This document shows positions 12,501 through 28,645 of a DNA stretch of 64,000 nucleotides, in pieces. This stretch comes from Gordius albopunctatus. Taxonomy: Eukaryota. Position 1 is the first letter of the stretch. Each line of letters starts with the position of its first letter. The notes under the pieces are model-generated. The model was not told the origin of the DNA, searched no databases, and was given only the letters and a program-made list of their open reading frames with translations. The stretch is from contig OZ193909.1 of the NCBI GenBank assembly GCA_964276515.1, forward strand, positions 15,996,001 through 16,060,000, read 5' to 3'. A program made the position numbers and the translations under genes.

Positions 12501-15323
12501 CCTGAAGTTTTATAAGTGGGCTTAAACGAAACAGAGATTATATAAAAGGTCTTGGAGTTACAAAGGTGCTTAAACATAAAACGATTAGAAAAAACAAAGT
12601 AGATGAAACTATTGAGTTTGAGACAGATTTCGATCTGTTAAAATGGTGGTAAGCCAAAGAGGACAAGTATTATATTTAAAATTAATTTTATCCTTTAATA
12701 GATATTCTAAATTAGCACATTTAGCACATATGATATTATGTATACCGGCTACGAGTGCCACCAGCGAGCGAATTTAAGAAAGGCGAACTCGCCTAAAACC
12801 AGAAATTGTTGATGATTTATTATTTTTACATGATAATTATTGATGTCTTTCTATGAATATGTCAAAAAATTAAATAAAATTTTGTGAAATTTTTGATGAA
12901 TTAGGACGGACGCGGAGTTCGTTTAAAAAAATTTTTAACGGGCTTGGACGGGCCTGAAAAATTTACTGACGGGCCTGAAGTGTTGAAAAAAAATTACGGG
13001 CGGGCCCGGACGCGCCTTGAAATTTTAAAAACGGGTACGGGCGGGCTGACCTTCTAAAAACGGCCCGTTGCAGATCTCTAATTGGTATTGCTAACTGTTA
13101 TAGCCATTCCATGTCGATTGGTCAAAAAAGAGGTTTTCGACGGACTATCGCACAATTTGGGGAATTTTCGGGTGGGTGTAGGTCTCGTGTATTATAGTAA
13201 TTTTTGAATTTTTTTTTATTTTGGCCCAATACTTTTTAAGTTACGGCCGTTCAAAGGGCCAAAATCACCATCGCGCGCGTTTTATTATTTTACCATGTTT
13301 GTCATACTAGTTTTGGAAGTAATGGCGCTATCCTCTTGAACTTTAGTGTAAGTTGTTCATAAATTTTTTTATATCTAAATAATTTGACCAAAAACATCAA
13401 CTTTTGCGGTCAGTTTTTGTGGTCAAATTAGTAAAAAATGATAAAAACCTATTTCAACCTCATATAAAAGCACCAATTTTACAAAACGCGCTCCTTTATG
13501 ACTCATCATAAAATTTCGATCGCCAAAAGTTCAAGACCGGCTACGAGATGGTCAAGACTTCTAAAAATAACATTTTCACAAAAAATATTTCTAGATGGCG
13601 GTATAATCAATTTATTAAAAGATCATATTATGATGTTTGTTTCTTACAGAGGACGTTTGATTAACATGCCCACTTGAAGGTATAGATAGATGAGTGATTT
13701 TACATTTTTTCGTTAAATCTTAAAAAGTATTTAAGTTATATTTTTACCGGTTGAAATTATTCAAATAAGTGCGCAGGCAAAAAATAAGTATCAGCAGCTT
13801 AAGTTGAATAGAAGATAATTTAAAATGCTAAGTTTAATGGTGAAAATAAATTTTAATTTATTTATTGGCAAATCTTTTTAAAGGTTCTAAAGAAATAATT
13901 AGAATTTCTCATTAATATAAAATAGATATTTATGAAATTTTGGAAACCGTACATTTTAAATTAAATTTTTATTAAGGTGTCAAGTAAAATTGATTAAGAA
14001 AATCACCTTGTGCGTGAATAGTTAAGTAGGATTCTCTTGAAATAAAAATATAGACTGGAAATCAGGTACTAATATAGCATAATGGAAAATAAATTTGAAC
14101 AAAATATTAATAAATCATAAAAATTACTGAATTTGGGACTACCCAAGCCAACATGGATGCACATAATGAATTTATTGGAAACACCCTGTAATTGCATTAA
14201 AGACCAAATATATATTAGTATGCTTAAGAAATGCTACATGCTGTGTATTGGTTTTGAGTTTAATGATTAACTTCCAATAACAGTAAATTTTTTATAGGAC
14301 AATGACTTTGAGAAGTATGCATAGCAAATATAATCATTATATAAACCATCCTAACCTTAATTTAACCAACAATTAATTATTTTATAAGATACACAAATGC
14401 AACTTCAAATTATAACAAATCAAGTTATTTTTTATCACAAATATGAAACCTAAATGACTATTATGTGTTTACATAATATTACATCATAAAATAGCTCTGC
14501 TTTAGGCAAAATTCATTTAAATAATGAGTTAACTTTAGCATATAAAGAAGCAACATTTTAAATGCAAATTTAAAGCATTTTAAATGCCTTAAAATCGTAC
14601 TGCAATGTGGGTTACTTACAAATACTTGAAGATTTTTTCCACAAAAAGATATATAAGCAAGTAAAGAAGATTTATGTAAAACATAGATAAAGAAATTAGT
14701 TACAACACAGCAAAAACTAGCTTGACAAACCTTTAAAGAGATATACATAATGCATAACCTGAACATTCATGATAAAGGTGGCAAATATTACCTATAAGGG
14801 TAACTAAACATCCCTTTCATGACTTTTGTATTAGTAGGGCATTTAACTTGAAAGGTGAAGTGAGAGCCATGACTAGTGGTAGTGGCAAAGGCAAATATTG
14901 CCAAAAACTAAGAAAAAAAATTATTGATTAAAATATATTTATACAGCCTATTTTATTTGTATGCAAAAAGATATTGGCACCATAATATACTAAGACAAAC
15001 ATTAAAATAAATTACAATTTGAAGTAATTTTATAAATCCTCTTGGTTCCTTCAAGCTACTTAAATTCCTTTCGTGAATAGCTTGAACAATCTATAAAATA
15101 GAAATGGTAATCAAATAATATATTTAATAAGAAATAATATAAAAATGTGAAAAAAGAGGACATAACAGTGTCTCCTAATGAAGGACTTAAGTCCAATTTT
15201 AAAAGTTCCGTTTCTGGCAGCGATAAATGCTAATTAATAATAATTTTAATTCAACTATCTTAATAATAATGCTGTAAACATAAACACTAAAAAACAAATT
15301 ATATATACTTTAGCGGTATCCAT
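6390..15323 (-). CDS. Synaptophysin/synaptoporin-like MARVEL tetraspan vesicle protein (spliced)
   Basis: Exons 15323-15309 (MDTAK), 15090-15016 (..SLKEPRGFIKLLQI), 14907-14792 (FLAIFAFATT..FSYPYR), 10627-10372 (..GDYSSAAQFYVAIGVLAFLY..), 7616-7410 (DFIMT..SAWAKNLTDLKYYT..FASLNVSI), then a terminal exon 6853-6707 or 6539-6390. All GT-AG and phase-compatible. Motifs are diagnostic of the synaptophysin family. Confidence 0.93.
6707..6853 (-). CDS. Synaptophysin-like alternative terminal exon A (TM4 + tail)
   Basis: ccaag acceptor, phase 0. MAGIFNSFVWSSSLWFVYKDTIWFKYRALAKTARQANLEIVASEALSF*, homologous to exon B. Confidence 0.75.
   Translation of the reverse strand: MAGIFNSFVWSSSLWFVYKDTIWFKYRALAKTARQANLEIVASEALSF
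8177..8631 (-). repeat. Repeat with two ~105-bp direct units each ending in a tRNA-like B-box (SINE/HINE-like)
   Basis: Units at 8177-8282 and 8460-8559 end ttgccctctccgggattcgaacc (minus strand GGTTCGAATCCC). The terminus aattgcatagcaattaa recurs at ~11297, ~47521 and ~52888. Confidence 0.5.
8694..9342. mobile_element. hAT-type foldback MITE with 8-bp TSD
   Basis: TIR tagtgatgatcaaaacc/ggttttgatcatcacta. TSD atgcaagc (8686-8693, 9343-9350). Arms are inverted over more than 200 bp. Confidence 0.92.
9463..9906. mobile_element. Non-autonomous hAT-type element with 8-bp TSD
   Basis: TIR cagtcttgttaa/ttaacaagactg. TSD cttaaagc (9455-9462, 9907-9914). Subterminal ggagcgg/cgctcc repeats. Confidence 0.9.
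12352..13080 (+). mobile_element. Internally deleted hAT transposon with 8-bp TSD
   Basis: TIR tagagatctgca/tgcagatctcta. TSD attggtat (12344-12351, 13081-13088). acgggc subterminal repeats. Broken hAT dimerisation domain FDLLKWW..LCIPATSATSER..RTRLKPEIVDDLLFLHDN. Confidence 0.92.
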
Positions 15324-15736
15324 GAACCAATCGATAGAAAAAAAATCTTAGAGGATGGGTGAGTTAAGGATTAATACACCTTTACACCAAGTCGAAAATA
15401 ATAATATAAATTATTTAAGTCATCTTTCTAAATATATATTTGATTGTAGTAAACTTAAAAGTCATATAAATTGGAATGAGGGTAAAATTTTTTTTGTTTT
15501 ATTGAAATTAATTTTAGATAAATACTATCATATTGGTTTCTTAAATTGTGAATATTAATAACAGCTATCTTTCTAATCTACATTATGTACACGATTTTAT
15601 TCCGCTTACAACTTTATTATAAAATTTGAAAAAAAATGTTAATAGCTCTTTTAAACTGTAACACCTGGAATATACACGAATTAATTAATCCTGCTATCCC
15701 CTTTCCTTTTTTCCCCTACCCTTTTGCGCATATACC

Positions 15737-16089
15737 TGTAGTGACGGAAGTCAATGACATCAATCAATATTACTTCTGGGAAACTTAATTCTATTTCCCA
15801 GAAAATAATCGATCTTCATGGAAACTGTAGTGACGGAAGTCAATGACGTCAATCAATATTACTTCTGGGAAACTTAATTCTATTTCCCAGAAAATAATCG
15901 ATCTTCATGGAAACTCATCGATTAGTTTAGATCTTCCAAGGATATTATCGATTTTCCAATAATAATGATTATGTATTTTCCCAAAGATTTATAAACGCGA
16001 TCAGTCGTATAATTATGATTATCATCCCAGTTGTATATTTCTCTCCGGTTAATAAAATCTAATGACACATAGCAGTACAAGGTTATCAA
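15737..16089 (+). mobile_element. LTR-like insert (TG...CA) with 89-bp internal tandem duplication
   Basis: Starts tgtagtgacgg and has agtaca at 16074-16079, with AATAAA near 16050. Flanked by atacc (15732-15736, 16090-16094). 89-bp unit repeated at 15736 and 15825. Confidence 0.55.
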
Positions 16090-16114
16090 ATACCAATTTT
16101 AATTTATTAAGGTT

Positions 16115-16600
16115 AGTATGCTTGTCACGGATAACAGTAAAGCGTTTGTAGGCTTATAATTTAAAACTTTTTGTCAAAAGTGGAAAATTAAGTCTGTGTT
16201 GATGCCGCCCTATCACCCCAGCTCTAATGGTCCGGTGAAACGGTACGTGGTTATTGCAAAATAATGGTTAACACTTGCAAAATCGAAGAGCTATAGTGTT
16301 TGGTTAACTGAATGGATGTTTAACGAGCGCCTCGTGGTTTTGAACGGTCGCCTGTAGAATGAAATTCTTGGCTCGCAAATTAAAGTGTCCGTTAGATTTA
16401 ATTAAGGAGAAAACGTTATAGTTAAAAAGCATCGAAATATAATATAGATCAACAGGTGTTGTATGGAAATTCGGTGCGTATAAATAGGTTTTATAGCGCG
16501 CAGTTGAGGTAATTAGTCCTATGATTATTAAAGTGCGCGTGCTGCATAATAATAAAATTAAAATTCGCCATTGTGAGCAGTTAATGTTCTATGCGTATAT
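16115..16600 (+). mobile_element. Decayed Ty3/gypsy integrase fragment
   Basis: LVTDNSKAF...FKTFCQKWKIK...PPYHPSSNGPVKRYV (DDE core region), with stops. Confidence 0.75.
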
Positions 16601-19599
16601 AATATTTTATCATAGAGATGGACATCACCACGTCATGGTGAAGAGTGCCTATTTTGTGGAACGCATTGCATAGTTGGTTAGATCAGTTCCAGTTTTTTTG
16701 AACCTTCTCAATGGAGCTTCGAGCTGCCCATGTTGAAATCGCTTTACGAGCCAAATTTGGCTCATAAGCGTCATATAGCTCAAGGAAGGAGGGGAAGGGA
16801 TTACATTAACGTTAGCCATAGGGGTGCCGTAAAGCTATCAGGGCTTTATGCCGAAGGTGCGGAGTGTGTGGCCGGTGGCATCTGCCCCAACGTTTGGAAT
16901 TGGAAGGGACACAGTTCTCCAGCGGGGTGCGGTGGAAAGACCGGAAGATAATAATGCAGGAGGGCGTCCTGTTGAGTTAAAGCGTCAGGAAAATATTAGG
17001 AAATCGGTGTCACCGCGTGGGGTGAATTTGATTTCAAACACACCGCAACTAATACATCCTATTTCGCGCATCGGCTCGATTTCAAAATATGTCAATCATC
17101 CTGCCCCAGCGAAGGCTGGAGTTACCGTTGACAACAAAAACACTACCCTGAACAACGTGGCAACAAAGGTCAACACACCTTGATGGTTTACGTCGCACTC
17201 CGGCATATACGTAAATTATATTTAATCACACTACCCACCTTTCCCCCACCCTTTTGCGCATACCAGTTTTGATTTATTAAAGGTGGATTTTATTGCCATC
17301 CATTGAGGAATGCAAGCTCACTCAAATGGCAGAGATCTAGACGCTAGTTTATCGTTTAATTACCGTGCAAAAAGAATGCAAACTCACCAAAAGCAGAGAT
17401 CTAGACGCGCGAGAATTAAAAAACGATTAATAAAATTTTACTCTTGTGGTTTACGCATTCTGGATAATTGAATAAAAAGCAGTGTTAACCTGGTGGGCTC
17501 ATTTTATAAATATTAATACGATATATATAATAAAATATATTATGACAATTGGTAATATGCAAACATTAAAAGTAGATAGGGCATAGACGTGTAACCGCAA
17601 TCAGCTTAAGAGGCTGTAGTTTGGGAATCTAGGTGCAATTTTTAATTAATAAAAGATTTTAAATTAAGAAAAACAAAATAGTTTTGTTTACATAGATTTG
17701 AATTTAAAGTAGGTTTTATTATATGCGACCTTAAATAGAATGAATGGGAAATTCAGGTATTATTAAATGTATTAAAATGTACAAATTTTTGAATATCCCT
17801 TATTTTCTCGATGGCACATTTATACCCTATTAAATGTTAAATTTCGAAACATTTATTTAGATATTCAATTTACCAGGATAAATCGAGAGGAAAGATTAAC
17901 CTTCTTCAGAATGATTCAGGAGAAGGATTATATGTTGAAGGTTGGGGTGAATAAATTTTGGGACTTTTAATATACCCAACCTTCCCATGGTTTAAACTAG
18001 CAAAAGTGATCCATTTTTAAAATAGATATTATTTTATCTCCATCAACATGACTACTAGGCATTTATAATTCTTATATTCAATTTTTTAGCCTAAGGATAT
18101 TCTGCTGACACCCTTTATTCGGTGGCGTTTGAAGTGTTTTTATTGAATTTAGATCAATTAACATTTTAATTTTTATTGTTTGGTAAATTTAATATTGTGA
18201 TGTGGAGGCCACCATCAAGTGGGATTAAGGCTTTTCTTTTTGAAAATAAATCACACAGGTTTACTTTGTGATCAGCCTAATATTCTGCTGATAGAGAATT
18301 TTAAGCTAAACAATGCGTTTTTTGGATTCTCTTGTAATTTTTGACTTTCAGTATAAATAAATGTGGTTGGCTATATATTTTACCCTTGTTTTTACCCCTA
18401 GTTGGTAATTAGTGTATCAATCTTACACTTGCATAATTTTGCATTTTATTTACAGGGGCTAGTGCCGCTACAGGTTTGCTTAACCTCTAGATTCAATCTT
18501 ACCGGTGTTAACGCGAACTCCTTATCAAAATTTTGGCTAAACGCTTTTAGAAACTATTAAATTATAACATAAATTAGATAATATTTTAAAATTAAGAATT
18601 ATTAGCTTCATCAACTGTAGCATAAGTCGTTTACCATTATAAAATGTTTGCAATGGTATCAAGGTCATATGAGCTAAGCTATTAATAAATGTGATCACAA
18701 TTATTAAAGCATTATCGTGGCTTTAAAATTCATTCTACACTTCCTAAAAGGGCGCAATATAATGAGATACTTATCTGGTTGAATTATGTCAAAGCAAAAA
18801 TGATTATATAGATCGTTTTTCAAGTTTTAAGTTATTTTAATATAGGGGGATAATTGCGCAGAAATCCAGTCACCGATTTCGGATCCCTCGCCTATTTCAC
18901 TGCACCGCATTTCAGTAATTTTATATTTAAAAATTCTTTCTCCTTAAGTCTTATAATGTAAACACGCGACGTGAGACAAAAAAAATTATGTCCATTTTGC
19001 ACCAAAGATTATTTACAAAAAATAGCGGGTCATTGTTATCAAAACCAAATAACAAGCGTCCATTACATACAACGATATTGGGTTCGATTATCGAAAAATA
19101 TCCTGCAAAGAAATTGGGATACAAGTAACTTTCATTTGAGAAACTACAACTCTCATTGAACAATGTTTGGTAAATGATTGATTTTTTTCGTATTTCTACA
19201 AATAATTTCAAATAATTTTTATGAAAGCATTAAGAACCTTTCAACATAATAACTTCTTAGCGAAGAGAAATATCTATACCATACCTTACAAATTCAACTA
19301 TTATTTAGAGCTAAGGTTTTAGAAACAAAACAATCTTTAGATGTTTAGGGTTAAAAAAACGAAATGTAAAAGTTAGAAATAATTAACTGAAAAAAGGCAA
19401 ATTGTATATTTAACTTAGCTTGGTTTAAAACTTTTTGTCATACTATCTGGCTATGTATAAGCGTGTCTAAAAACGACACGAATTAGATAAGAATGCAAGC
19501 TTTGTATTAATTTTTTAAATACATTCTAAATATTGATTAATTTTAAAAAACAATTTAATACATTCAAATGACCCGCGATAAAAATATGTGAAAAGAGCG

Positions 19600-22734
<3,135 letters not shown>

Positions 22735-22890
22735 AATATCATATGATCTAGAATAACTGGGCAAACTTGCTACACATAATATAAGCTTAAGGCGACCCAA
22801 ATTAATTCTCGTATAATGAAGGTTTGTAAAAAGCTTTGTGTTAATGTTATATAAATTAACAATTAGCTTGAAGGGATTAATTGCCTTCTC

Positions 22891-23205
22891 ACCAATTTCA
22901 GAAAACTACCAGACCGATTTGGCTCAAAATTTCACAGTTTATTCCTAACACTCCGGAGCATTTTTTAAGATTTGTTCGAGCCAAATCGGTCCAGTAGTTT
23001 TCGAGTATTCGTATGCGTTGCACTGTATACGAAAATAGAACAATAGAAGTAGAACATAGAGACATCAAACTTTATTTTTACTTCAATAACCGCTTTATCA
23101 TCATATATGACCATGGACTATTAGTCTATTTATATGCCCTAAAATTCCAACAAAATTTAATACTCCCGGGTAAATGGCTAAACAACGTTTGCCGGGTTCA
23201 TCTAG
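22891..23205 (+). mobile_element. 5'-truncated non-autonomous Helitron (family of 59415-60247)
   Basis: Shares aaaactaccagaccgatttggctcaaa...gagccaaatcggtccagtagtttt (internal inverted repeat) and the 3' end caacgtttgccgggttcatctag|t. Confidence 0.7.
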
Positions 23206-23379
23206 TCTTGTATATATTTGTAGTTACGAGTACTAGTTGGAGAACGTGTCAATCTGACGATTTTTATATTGGAACTTTGACCTTCTTTTAATTAATAATG
23301 TAAGAATAAAAAGCAGACAATATTTACTATGATGTGTTTACATGAATAGAACAACAGCGAGAATTCAACAGACCTAATT

Positions 23380-25190
23380 TAAATTTTTGTCTTACAAAAC
23401 ATAAAGCTCTCTCCAAAAATTCTCCCTCCATTTTTATATCTGACTTTAAATTACGCATGGCAACTTTGACCTCAGTTTACGTAATCCAATACGCTAGGTC
23501 TAATTCTCCTATTATAATTTCTTGGTTTTGATCTTCAACTAAGGGCCCCTTTTTAATTAATAAATAACTAAAATTGTCGTACCATCTTTGTAATATATGG
23601 ATGTTGTGTGTTAGTATTTCTCAATTTTTTCCCTTTATTAGCCGGTATTTTATGTAATCTTTGAAATTTCGGGCCTTTGACTTTGCTAGCTTGTAGATCC
23701 ATCTTTCTCCTTCCTTTGAGTTTAGTTTTTCATTTATATCAGTACACCTTGTTTTTAGCTTATGCTACGTTTTTTAGCCGATCTTTTAGCTATTTGGCAA
23801 GTTTGCTTATTATTACTAGCATTAGTTTTATACCAAACTTTGTACAATAACTTCTTTTCTTTGACACATTTTTTTACCTCTTTATTCCACGACCATCCTT
23901 GAGAATTCTCTTAGGTTTGCTTTCACCCAATATTGATCCTCCCGTTTTCCATATTGTGCAGGCTATACTATTTTTTCCCTAAATTCAGCATGTCTCATTA
24001 CTTATTTCAGAAATTGTTGAGTATTATCCTTTAGTCTGCTCCATTTTATTGTAGCCGCTACTCTTTGTACCTTTTTCCCTTTAATATATCACTCGGTACT
24101 ACCTTTACATTTTAAACATATAGGTGCATTCTGTTGACGGAGAGAGAAATCTATCTGAGTGTTTCGGCTTACGATTTTGTAAAGGTGTTCCTGTCTCTTA
24201 ATAAAGAAGGTATTTTCTTTAGCTAGGTTTAAAGCATGAGTCATTTATAGAATTTCTAGACCACCTTCATTTCTTAAACGGTAACCCGGACCACCAGTGG
24301 CTTATATGAGCCCCCCCCCCTGTTTTTAATTAATAACTAATTTAAATGTGCTAAAATATTATAGTTTAGTTACATCAAAGACTTCAAGACACTTATATTA
24401 ACCTATAAACACAATATATGCATCTAATTTTTTGTGATTTAATTTTTGACAAAATGCGTTGTAAAATTTCCGAATATGATTGTAAAAATTGCTATGACAA
24501 AAAACTTGTTTGGACATTATTTACCATGAAGATACCAGATCGCCCCAGGAAGTAGATAACTAAGCGATTATTATAATGTTCCTCATTCTATATAATATTA
24601 ATATTTTCATCTTTTATCATATTTATAAAATTTTCTGTTAGAATCAATCCCGGTTTGATAACTAAATTGCCTGCCAAGGCCAGCCAAACCCCTTCAATTG
24701 CCTCACTAATGATGTTCGAACAGCCGGGCCCAAAATGACGATTTTAAATTTCAAGAATTAATTTTGTCTTTTTTTATAATATTTTTGATTTAATTCTAGA
24801 ATTTTTCTAAATAGAAAGGTGACAAAAAATAGTAAACTATATAAAAAATCTCATTATGGTGCCCGCCCACGCCCACTTAAAAATCTCAATTTAGAACGGT
24901 AGTTTGCCCGACGCCTTAGCCAAGTGGGCACAACAGCAAGCCCGACTTTTTGGTTGTCAAATTTTTACTTTTAATTACTAATAAAATGAGGAAAAATTTT
25001 GCCAGATTTCCCCCCCCCTCGTGAAAATCCTAGTTACGCGCCTGCCGACCACTATTATTTCTTTCATACCCTCCTCTTTATCTACCCACGTGTCCATTTA
25101 GGTCCGCTTCCATAACTATAACCCCATCCATACCAAATTGACAACCTTGCGGAAATAGGATTTCTTAGTTGGAACTTGTTTTTCAACCAA
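23380..25190 (-). mobile_element. Decayed RTE-like non-LTR retrotransposon (APE endonuclease region), interrupted by a DNA element
   Basis: Minus-strand remnants ADLNGHVGR, RNEGGLEIL, NTFFIKRQEHL..RNTQIDF and SWNKEVKK, with many stops and frameshifts. Confidence 0.7.
24295..25044. mobile_element. hAT-like non-autonomous element nested in the RTE remnant
   Basis: cagtggc...gcgcctg ends with poly-C tracts. Near-perfect 8-bp TSD cggaccac/ccgaccac. RTE coding remnants rejoin across it. Confidence 0.65.
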
Positions 25191-25318
25191 AACCGTTCAT
25201 AAGCTTGTAAAATGAAGGATTTTAAAATTGTTAATTTAAATAAATTTAATTGGATATAGTTGAAATAGTATTATGACTTGCAATTTGAGATGTAGATTTA
25301 ACTTCCAAATCATATATA

Positions 25319-26240
25319 TCTATATATATAAAGTAAAGTCTATGTATGTATGTGTGTATATAAGGGCTAAATTCTGAAATTACCAGCCCGATTCGCGCGA
25401 AAATATAACCGTAGATGCCCAGGGCGGCCAGGGGTAAAATAACTTTTTCAGAATCCTAAAATTCCTTTTAGTTTTAAAAATATGGGCCTTTTAGTTTTAA
25501 AAATGTCTTAATTCTAAAACTACCGGCCTGATTCGCGCGAAAATTTAGCCGTAGATGCCCAGGGATGCCAGGGGTAAAATAGCTTTTTCAGATTCCTAAA
25601 ATACCTTTTCGTTTTAAAAATATCGGATATTTCCCGGCCAGTTTAATTTATAGCAGCATATACAATAATGACGTCATATATACAAGGCTGAAGTTTTCTC
25701 GCATTAGATATTTAAAAGTATCATAAAAATGTTATAGTCTAAGTCTAGGGTCAAAATTATTGGGGTTTAACCAACTATTTAAATTAAATATATAATATTT
25801 AAATTATTATCACGTGGTCGATCATAGAAGCATATTTTTAATAATTATGCATCCATCCTTCAATTAATTATTTTATTATATTAAAGAAAATTGTATTTCA
25901 AATAAATCAGCTAACTCGAAAAATAAAATAATGGTATTATTGTATAATAAGTAACAGCATTGATCAGCAATTTTTCCAAAAACATTTAATTTTAGTCGGA
26001 TTTGATGGCTAAAACAGAATTCGCATTTGTTTTGTCTTATTATATATATACTAAAAATAGTAGGTTCATAAAATCCATGACGTGATAAAATTCGTGCTCT
26101 AAATAAATATTATGGATATTTTATTTATTTGAATTATTATTTCATATATGGCCCCATTTTAGATAAGTCTTATTAATAGGTTATACTTATTTAACCACTT
26201 AAGGACTGAGCCAAAGCAACGCTTGGCCGGGCACAGCTAG
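25319..26240 (+). mobile_element. Full-length non-autonomous Helitron
   Basis: 5' TC(TATATATATAAAG), 3' hairpin gccaaagcaacgcttggc followed by CTAG. Inserted between A and T with no TSD. Confidence 0.8.
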
Positions 26241-26419
26241 TTCGCCTATAAAATATTTTGTTCGTCAACTTAGTTTCTTATAAATTTTATCTAAGTTGCA
26301 ATATGCCAGATGAATTACCCTGTGATTGTAAAAACCCTTGTATAGAGGTAGTGGGAGTGCTTCTGGTGATAAGTAAATTACCGAACTGTAGAGAGTTAGT
26401 GGTAATGCCTCGAATGATA

Positions 26420-28286
26420 ATTAAATTATCGTTAATTGGTTTTAACGTATATCATCGCAAATGTATAAACGGTTATCATTATTTTTTCGGTTTTATTATC
26501 CCCAGGGGAGAGAGAGGAGCCTTAAGCGATAGTGAAAGCCGATATTCAATTATTGAACGAGAAACACTAGCGCTCGTTTGAAAATAAATAATAAAATTAT
26601 AAATGTAAGAATTGATGAATATGTACAAAGACAAAGTGTCATAAATGGCGGATCATAAATCTTTAGTTTATATATTTTACCAAAGAAAAAATGGCAAGGA
26701 AAAATGGTCACCGCGACTAACTAGATGGGTCCTTATGGTATTAGGTTACAAGACAAAGTTTGAGTAAAACAAGGGATCAGAAAACGCGGCAGATTTCTTG
26801 TCCAGAAAATCGAACAAACACGCGTATCACGTTAGCGAGGAAATTCCAGAAGTTTCAATCCATTTATATCATTGGACGCGGTGAGAACACCTTGGACGAT
26901 CCTGGGTTACGTGAGTTAAAAGAGTGTATAAGAGGCAAACAAATGACGATTGTCACCTATTCGCTAAAAAGCTACAAAAAAAACTTACCAAAATTACACG
27001 AATCAAAAAACATAACATTTTACAAAAGAGCCCGAATAATAAATCCAGCTAAATTAAGAATAGGCATATTTCAAAGACCACATAGGAGCCACGTGGGTAT
27101 CAAGCGAATACAAAATGAGGCATGGCAATATATATGGTGGCCGACATGACTTGTTTAGTGTGGCAAGAAGGTGCTGGAGTTGCAACTACACCGCCGCGGC
27201 GGCGAAGAAGGCACCGATGATAGAGTGTTAACCGAGCCATAGAACTTGGGTTCAAGTACATATAGATATTATGAGCCCTATCAAGGCTAAATCATACCTG
27301 GTTATGATAGAAAATAGCTTGAAATGGGTAGAAGTGTTTAAGTTAAAAGCACAGCATCGATGACCATATTAAAAAAAACATTCCTAAACGTTTGCGAGAT
27401 TTGGGAATCCACTTTTTTAATATGAGATAACGGGCCACAATTCAAAGGTCAGGAGCATTTTGCAAGATGAGAGGGATTAATCAGTGATGAACAGCCCCTT
27501 ATAAACCTGCGTCCAACCAGCTGGCAGAAAGGTAGATACGATTGATCAAAGAAGCCATTATAAGAAACGAGTCAGAAGTGACAGAGCTACAAAATACCCC
27601 ACAGCCAATAGAAGCCCAGCCGACGTGATGCTAAAAAGTCGAATGCTAACCGAATGGGAGGTTTCGAGGGAAATATTCATCAGAGAGACCAGGAAACGGC
27701 CTATATTTGACATAGGAGACAAGGATTGGATGCGCATGTTTTTGGGACCAAGCAAATGGTTAGAAGGCACTATAACAGCCAAACACGGTAGTCGCTCCTA
27801 CGATGTAGGGGCTTGGGGGAGAAAAGACCACCGACACTGGGACCTTGTAAGAGAAGGGAAAATCCTTAAATGGGCCACACTGGGACAAGAGAACGGGTGT
27901 CCTCAAATGATGACATCAATTGAGGAATTGATGGACCAACGACAATAGGCACAAGTGCCTCAAGGGAACAAATTCAGAACCATCTTAAAATGTCTACCTG
28001 CATCGTCGTCGAAACCCGTCAGCATTTCTTACGGATTTTGTCTGTGAAAGGGGGGGGTAGTGATGGCCCCTCTCGTGATAGGTAAATTGCCGTTTATTGG
28101 TTTTTATGTTATCATCGCATGTGCTTTCGGTTTTATAATATCGCTATACCGCACTTAACGTTCATTATACTATTATTCCGCGCGTAATCACCTTTTTCTA
28201 TATTTGTTTGCAAACTAAGAAGGTATGGCTAAAATATTTATCAAGATATGAAAGGAAATCAATTCAGCCTGTCGAAGAGAACTACA
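26420..28286 (+). mobile_element. Decayed Ty3/gypsy LTR retrotransposon (RNase H-integrase, PPT, 3' LTR)
   Basis: YSIIERETLALV, DHKSLVYI, HRSHVGIKR..WWP, VHID, DNGPQF, TAPYKPASNQLAER. PPT aaagggggggg at ~28047. LTR ~28056-28286 (gtagt...actaca). LTR-similar fragment at ~26430-26490. Confidence 0.85.
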
Positions 28287-28645
28287 CCTATAAGATGTTT
28301 AATCGAGTATTTTTGGCGATGGCAAATATACAAATGTATTAGGAAAAAGTAAACTAGTGATTAAAAGCTATTTGGTCCAAGTTTTAATCCACAAAAAAGT
28401 ATATATATATATACACTTTAAATTATTAACAAGTGTCTTAGTCTTTCATGCAATTATAAATTATCTGATAGATTTAATAAATATTTTTAACCAAAAGAAA
28501 AAATTTAAATTTTTGCTAGGGAGAAAATTTCTCCTCCCCTTGGCTACGCCAATGAGAGATTGTCATTAGGTGGATAATTCGATTATTATAAGAATGTAAT
28601 ATTTTCGGAAGAATAACATTTATCACATAATACAATTTTATATAT

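Noticed and set aside
15736..15915. CRISPR-like repeats
   Set aside because: A simple 89-bp tandem duplication with no unique spacers, in a eukaryotic context with no cas genes.
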